From: Promethearchaeia archaeon | Lineage (GTDB): Archaea; Asgardarchaeota; Lokiarchaeia; Sigyniarchaeales; SOKP01 | Length of the DNA: 64,000 nucleotides | Direction: 5' to 3' | Assembly: GCA_029856125.1 (NCBI GenBank) | Contig: JAHQWJ010000062.1 | Location: 64,001-128,000 of the forward strand | Shown here: in pieces, positions 59,470 to 64,000 of the stretch | How positions within the stretch are numbered: position 1 is the stretch's first letter | Layout: each line of letters starts with the position of its first letter | Notes under the pieces: model-generated | Databases searched by the model: none | What the model was told of the DNA's origin: nothing | The model's input: only the letters and a program-made list of their open reading frames with translations | Program-made: the position numbers and the translations under genes

Positions 59470-61248
59470 TTAATTAATTTTTTTAAAATCGAGTGATAAA
59501 AAATCTAAAGAATCCAATTCAATTACTGGTACTATACCTGGAGTAGGTACTATCCCAAAGCTTTTCATAAAGTCAGTTTGAGCTTGAAAACATCCCGAAT
59601 TTACGAGAGTTACATTCCTGTATTTTCCTATCCCGTTTATATGTATGTGTCCGGTATGAAAGATATCAGGGATCTTTTCTACTATTAGATGATCAGTGTC
59701 TATAGGAGCAATTTGCGTTTTTCCCCCAAATATTGGAGCAAGATGTCTACATATTAGAAATTCTTTCATGGTCTCGATCGGTTTATTTATGTCTAAATCG
59801 TGAATTAATCTATTAATATCGTGCATACTCTCTCCATGATATATAAGTGTGTTGACATTATGAGTTTTAATTAAAGAAGGGTTGCCCAGACATTTGATTC
59901 CCATGTCAACTAAATCTTCGCAATATTTCTTTGGTACTGCGGGTCGAGGTATTGCGTTTCTTACTGGTTCGTGATTTCCAGATACAAAAAATATTTTAAT
60001 ATAGTCCGGAATTTCTAAAAGAAGATCTGAAGCTTTTTTAAATTGTTTATAAATGTCTGAAATGACGAGATCTTCTTGTTGGTTGGGATATATTCCTATT
60101 CCATCAATTAGATCGCCATTGATGACTAAGTACTTTATCTTCCCAGCCTTTTCTCTCAGGAGTTTATTTTTACTTTTACCGTTTAAAAAATTAATAAATT
60201 TAGTAAATAAGCCTTCTTCAAACTCTTTACTTCCAATGTGAATATCGGAAATTAAAGCGATTGAGAGAGGATCGGGTGATAGGTTAGGCTGAAAATTTGT
60301 CGGAATATCTATTTTTGAGATGTAGGAGGCAAAAATTATTCCTTTTCTCCCATGTTCACCAGGATTATACAAACCCTTAACGAACACCATCTGATCGTTA
60401 AGAGTTCTTTCTATAATTTTGACGGAATCTAAGTTCTCCGAATTATTTTGAATCAGTACGCTAATTTTGCCTGTTAAGTCCTCCAATGTAAAAAGAAAAT
60501 TCCCCTTTTTTGTTTTATGAATTTTATCTACTAAACCTAATGTCGATATTTCAATACTATTAGAAATCCTAAATATGTTATTGATATTAGTAGTCGAACT
60601 TACTTCCGGTCTTTTTCTGATGAGGTTCTTAAGCTTATTAAATTTGTCAAGCGTTAATTCGTAAAAATCATCGTACTTTCCGTCAGTAAATAATTTATTG
60701 GTAGGATCTTGAATAATTTCGTAGTTAGATTTATATTCTTTAGCAATAGGTTTAAATGTAAAAATAGATTTGGTGGATTCGAATCTTGGAGTTTTTTTCG
60801 TGTTTTTCATTTTGGTAATTTGCTTGGGCAAGATATTTGTGTTAGAAGTTTCTTGGCTTTTGTATTCTGTTTTAGATTTTTCATTAATGGGTGGAAATTC
60901 TGATGGGAGATTTTTATCCATTAAGGAGCTCGTAACTGCTTCTTGTTGAAGATTGGAATATTCGGATATTTTGTTGGTTTTTTCATGTAATAGCAGAGAA
61001 TTGGTTTTAGATATGTTGCGTTTCAGCACTCTTTGAAGTTTTTCGTCTGAAATGTCTTTTATTACAGTTTCCGTTAAGTGGCTCTTAAACGAGGGAATAA
61101 AACTTGTTTCCCTAATAAGGAGATTTAAGTTCTTCAACGGATTATTTATGTTCATAACATTGTCTAGCATCGTAGGAGATATATTTATACCCGAATTTAT
61201 TAGTCTATTTAGAATAACCTTTTTCTGCTCTGTGATTTTGGTTTCCAA
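59470..61248 (-). CDS. polB: DNA polymerase D small (exonuclease) subunit DP1
   Basis: OB fold (LEDLTG), ISDIHIGS, GDLIDG.GIYP.Q, GNHE, YHG, RHLAP, HTGH.H and NSGCFQ.QT motifs. Confidence 0.95.
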   Translation of the reverse strand: METKITEQKKVILNRLINSGINISPTMLDNVMNINNPLKNLNLLIRETSFIPSFKSHLTETVIKDISDEKLQRVLKRNISKTNSLLLHEKTNKISEYSNLQQEAVTSSLMDKNLPSEFPPINEKSKTEYKSQETSNTNILPKQITKMKNTKKTPRFESTKSIFTFKPIAKEYKSNYEIIQDPTNKLFTDGKYDDFYELTLDKFNKLKNLIRKRPEVSSTTNINNIFRISNSIEISTLGLVDKIHKTKKGNFLFTLEDLTGKISVLIQNNSENLDSVKIIERTLNDQMVFVKGLYNPGEHGRKGIIFASYISKIDIPTNFQPNLSPDPLSIALISDIHIGSKEFEEGLFTKFINFLNGKSKNKLLREKAGKIKYLVINGDLIDGIGIYPNQQEDLVISDIYKQFKKASDLLLEIPDYIKIFFVSGNHEPVRNAIPRPAVPKKYCEDLVDMGIKCLGNPSLIKTHNVNTLIYHGESMHDINRLIHDLDINKPIETMKEFLICRHLAPIFGGKTQIAPIDTDHLIVEKIPDIFHTGHIHINGIGKYRNVTLVNSGCFQAQTDFMKSFGIVPTPGIVPVIELDSLDFLSLDFKKIN

Positions 61249-61299
61249 ATTTGATTCTCCCGTGATTGAATTATTATGTTTATTAAAAGATAAAGATAA

Positions 61300-61326
61300 A
61301 TTGTTTATTATTAAAGAATAAACAAT
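61300..61326. promoter_or_regulatory. Inverted repeat in the divergent DP1/DP2 promoter region
   Basis: ATTGTTTATT-N7-AATAAACAAT, with additional TGTTTAT copies near 61277 and 61326. Confidence 0.4.
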
Positions 61327-61516
61327 GTTTATAATTATTAGGAGGGCATGCTAATTCTCATACTTTTATCAAAAACTTTAAATCTCCTCAAATTCAAATA
61401 GTTCGATTCAACTAACCTATTAATAAAATATTTTATTTTGAACCAAGAAATTTAACATTATGTAACCTAATTTTCAACAATAGGATTAATTATCTTATCA
61501 ATGTGCGGACACTATT

Positions 61517-64000
61517 ATGGTAGAAATGAGTAAAAAAGTGGAAGACTACTTTTCTCTGTTGCAAAGAGATGTTGATAGATGCTACGAAATTGCAGAAAAG
61601 GCACGCCAAAAAGGACTTGATCCCGAAATGTTTGTAGAATCTCCTCAAGCGAAAGATTTAGCTGGAAGAGTAGAAAAACTTGTAGGACCAAAGGGCGTCG
61701 CGGATGTGATAAGAGTTTTAAAAAATCAAGGAAAAAACGATGATGAGATTGTGTTTCAAGTAGTTTCTGACATTCTCAACCAAAAAATCGTAAAAATTGA
61801 CTCTTTAGAGGAAAGGGTTGAAAGGGCTATCCGGGTAGGTCTTGCTATAAAAACTATGGGTGTCGTTAGTGCCCCTCTTGAAGGCATATCAAAAATATTA
61901 ATACGAGAAGATCGGCACAACAATAAATATTTATCTTTATATTTTGCAGGTCCGATTAGGGCTGCTGGAGGTACAACAGCCGCTTTATGCGTTCTGATTG
62001 CGGATTATGTTAGGAAACGATCAAATATTCCAAAATATGAAGCAACTGAGGGTGAGATAGGAAGATTCGTTGAAGAAGTAAAATTATACGATCGGAGAGT
62101 TCACTTGCAATATCCCTCATCTAACGATGAAATTCGATACGCCGTAGAACATCTACCTGTTGAGATAAACGGAGACTCTACTGAAGACGAAGAAGTATCA
62201 GCGTTTAGGGAATTACCTAGAATCAAAACGAATAAAATTCGAGGAGGTGCTTGTTTAGTATTAAACGATGGGATATTGCTTAAAGCTCCAAAACTTCTTA
62301 AGATTGCTCAAAATATGAAATTAGAAGGTTGGGATTGGCTAGGAAAACTAAAAGATATCGCACAAAAGGAAGAGAAAGAAAACAAAAGGGATGGTTTAGA
62401 GAGCAAGTCTACTAATAAAATCATACCTAACTCTAAATATGTTTCTGATATTATCGCTGGTAGGCCGGTTTTTAGCCATCCTTCCAAAATTGGTGGACAC
62501 AGAATGCGTTATGGAAGATCACGTAATACCGGATTAGCTGCGGCAGGATTGCATCCTGCAACTATGACTATTTTGGACAGTTTTATAGCAATTGGAACAC
62601 AATTGAGAATTGAAAGACCTGGAAAAAGCACAAGTATTTGTCCTGTGGACTCGATAGAACCACCGATAGTAAAACTCAAAAATGGGAGCGTAGTAAGGGT
62701 TTCGAGCGCAAAAAAAGGAAAAGAACTCTTTCCAGACATCAAAGAAATTCTTTTTCTGGGAGATATTCTCTTTGGATTTGGGGAGTTTTCTGAAAATAAC
62801 CACAAACTGGTCCCATCTGGGTATGTTGAAGAATGGTGGGCTTTAGAGTTAGAGGAAGCATTAAAAACAGAACTAGGATCAAACAACGAATCACATAAAT
62901 TTATCGAGGATCCCTTTAATAACATTCCCTCGGCAAAGGAAGCTATCAATTTAGCAAAAAAATTTGCTGTACCCTTGCATCCTAAATACACCGATTATTG
63001 GGGAAACATTTCCGTAAGTGATTTAAGTACTTTAAGAGAAGCTTTGACTACTGGCTTTGATGATAAGACTAAGAAAATAAATTTAAAAAATAGAACTTCT
63101 ATAAAAGAAATTCTAGAAAGAGCTTTTATTCCTCATATAGTTGATGAAAATTGCTTAATTCTTGATGATGCAACAGTAGAAATATACGAAACTATATTCA
63201 ATTTAAACCATAAGGAATTTATTGATATGAAAAAAGAAGACAATGTCTTCGATTATTTTTCGAGCATTTCTCCCATCAAAATTAGAAATAAAGCTCCTTA
63301 TTTTATGGGAACTCGCATGGGACGCCCTGAGAAGTCTGAAAGAAAAAGCATGAAAGGCGTTCAAAGCTTATTTCCTCTCAGTGTAAAAGTTGGGAATACA
63401 AGATTGGTACGGAAGGCGATTGAGCTGGGAAGAATAAAAATTGATATATGTAGAAAAAAATGTCCGAAATGTTCCTCAATTACTCCATTTAACCTATGCC
63501 CTAAATGCGGATCTCATACTGAATTTCAGAAAATGTGCCTAAAATGTAATAAATATTACACTAAAAACGAAAATAAGTGCCAGCAATGCGGAGGTTTATT
63601 AGCCTTCTCTAAGGAAGCTTCTTTTAATATACAAAACTATTCAAAAACAATACTCAGCTCATTAAATATGTCTCTCCCGGACAAATTTAAAGGAATTCTA
63701 GGATTGACAAATAAATTTAAAGTACCAGAACCGCTACTGAAGGGAATTCTTAGAGCCAAAAATGGGTTATTGGTGTATAAAACCGCAGAAATTCGATACG
63801 ACGCTACAGATATTCCATTAACTCATTTCAAACCTAAAGAAATTGCCACACCTGTGAGTAGGTTAATTGAATTGGGATATGAATTTGACTATAAAACTAA
63901 CGAATTAAATAACGAAAATCAGATCTTAGAGCTTCAAGTACAGGATGTCATCCTTTCAGACGATTGTGCTAAGTACTTTATAAAACTTGCTAACTTTATA
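61517..64000 (+). CDS. polC: DNA polymerase D large subunit DP2 (3'-truncated by window)
   Basis: MVEMSKKVEDYF...ARQKGLDP, GVVSAPLEGI, YFAGPIRAAGGT, IAGRPVF, RYGRSRNTG, GTRMGRPEK and IRYDATD motifs. Open to the window end, so not in the track. Confidence 0.96.
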   Translation, partial: MVEMSKKVEDYFSLLQRDVDRCYEIAEKARQKGLDPEMFVESPQAKDLAGRVEKLVGPKGVADVIRVLKNQGKNDDEIVFQVVSDILNQKIVKIDSLEERVERAIRVGLAIKTMGVVSAPLEGISKILIREDRHNNKYLSLYFAGPIRAAGGTTAALCVLIADYVRKRSNIPKYEATEGEIGRFVEEVKLYDRRVHLQYPSSNDEIRYAVEHLPVEINGDSTEDEEVSAFRELPRIKTNKIRGGACLVLNDGILLKAPKLLKIAQNMKLEGWDWLGKLKDIAQKEEKENKRDGLESKSTNKIIPNSKYVSDIIAGRPVFSHPSKIGGHRMRYGRSRNTGLAAAGLHPATMTILDSFIAIGTQLRIERPGKSTSICPVDSIEPPIVKLKNGSVVRVSSAKKGKELFPDIKEILFLGDILFGFGEFSENNHKLVPSGYVEEWWALELEEALKTELGSNNESHKFIEDPFNNIPSAKEAINLAKKFAVPLHPKYTDYWGNISVSDLSTLREALTTGFDDKTKKINLKNRTSIKEILERAFIPHIVDENCLILDDATVEIYETIFNLNHKEFIDMKKEDNVFDYFSSISPIKIRNKAPYFMGTRMGRPEKSERKSMKGVQSLFPLSVKVGNTRLVRKAIELGRIKIDICRKKCPKCSSITPFNLCPKCGSHTEFQKMCLKCNKYYTKNENKCQQCGGLLAFSKEASFNIQNYSKTILSSLNMSLPDKFKGILGLTNKFKVPEPLLKGILRAKNGLLVYKTAEIRYDATDIPLTHFKPKEIATPVSRLIELGYEFDYKTNELNNENQILELQVQDVILSDDCAKYFIKLANFI

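Noticed and set aside
62509-62991. Minus-strand ORFs at 62509-62991 and 62534-62803, and the many other short antisense or overlapping ORFs in the track
   Set aside because: They are shadows of well-supported genes on the opposite strand or frame (here DP2) and have no recognisable motifs.
61517-64000. Intein in DP2, or in Cdc6/RtcB, which are common intein hosts
   Set aside because: Cdc6 and RtcB have normal lengths with contiguous motifs, and no intein is evident in the visible part of DP2. The rest of DP2 lies outside the window.

Overview
This is AT-rich, gene-dense archaeal chromosomal DNA. Its content (GatDE, PolD DP1/DP2, Cdc6/Orc1, Nop5-fibrillarin, Elf1, SmAP3, CarS, and roadblock, longin and AN1-finger proteins) points to an Asgard archaeon, probably Lokiarchaeia (inference). 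Most of the window is housekeeping: purine, pyrimidine and NAD synthesis, tRNA and rRNA processing, and replication. No mobile element, CRISPR array, tRNA or rRNA was seen. Main finding: two protein-coding genes, an alpha/beta hydrolase (9024-9710) and elf1 (42636-43247), are each split inside a conserved motif by a 33-nt or 30-nt insert carrying an in-frame TAA. Both inserts fold into bulge-helix-bulge (BHB) geometry, so they are candidate tRNA-endonuclease-spliced mRNA micro-introns, and the RtcB ligase and archease are encoded in the same window. Other notable findings: an unannotated 50-aa WH2-like microprotein near a polyproline protein and a BAR-like helical protein (a possible actin/membrane module); three genes that appear to initiate at AUC; an 8-gene operon ending in a degenerate SMC-like protein and a KITE-like protein; and tandem AN1-zinc-finger intramembrane (pseudo)proteases beside a LITAF-like protein. 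All family calls come from motif recognition by eye, not from database searches.
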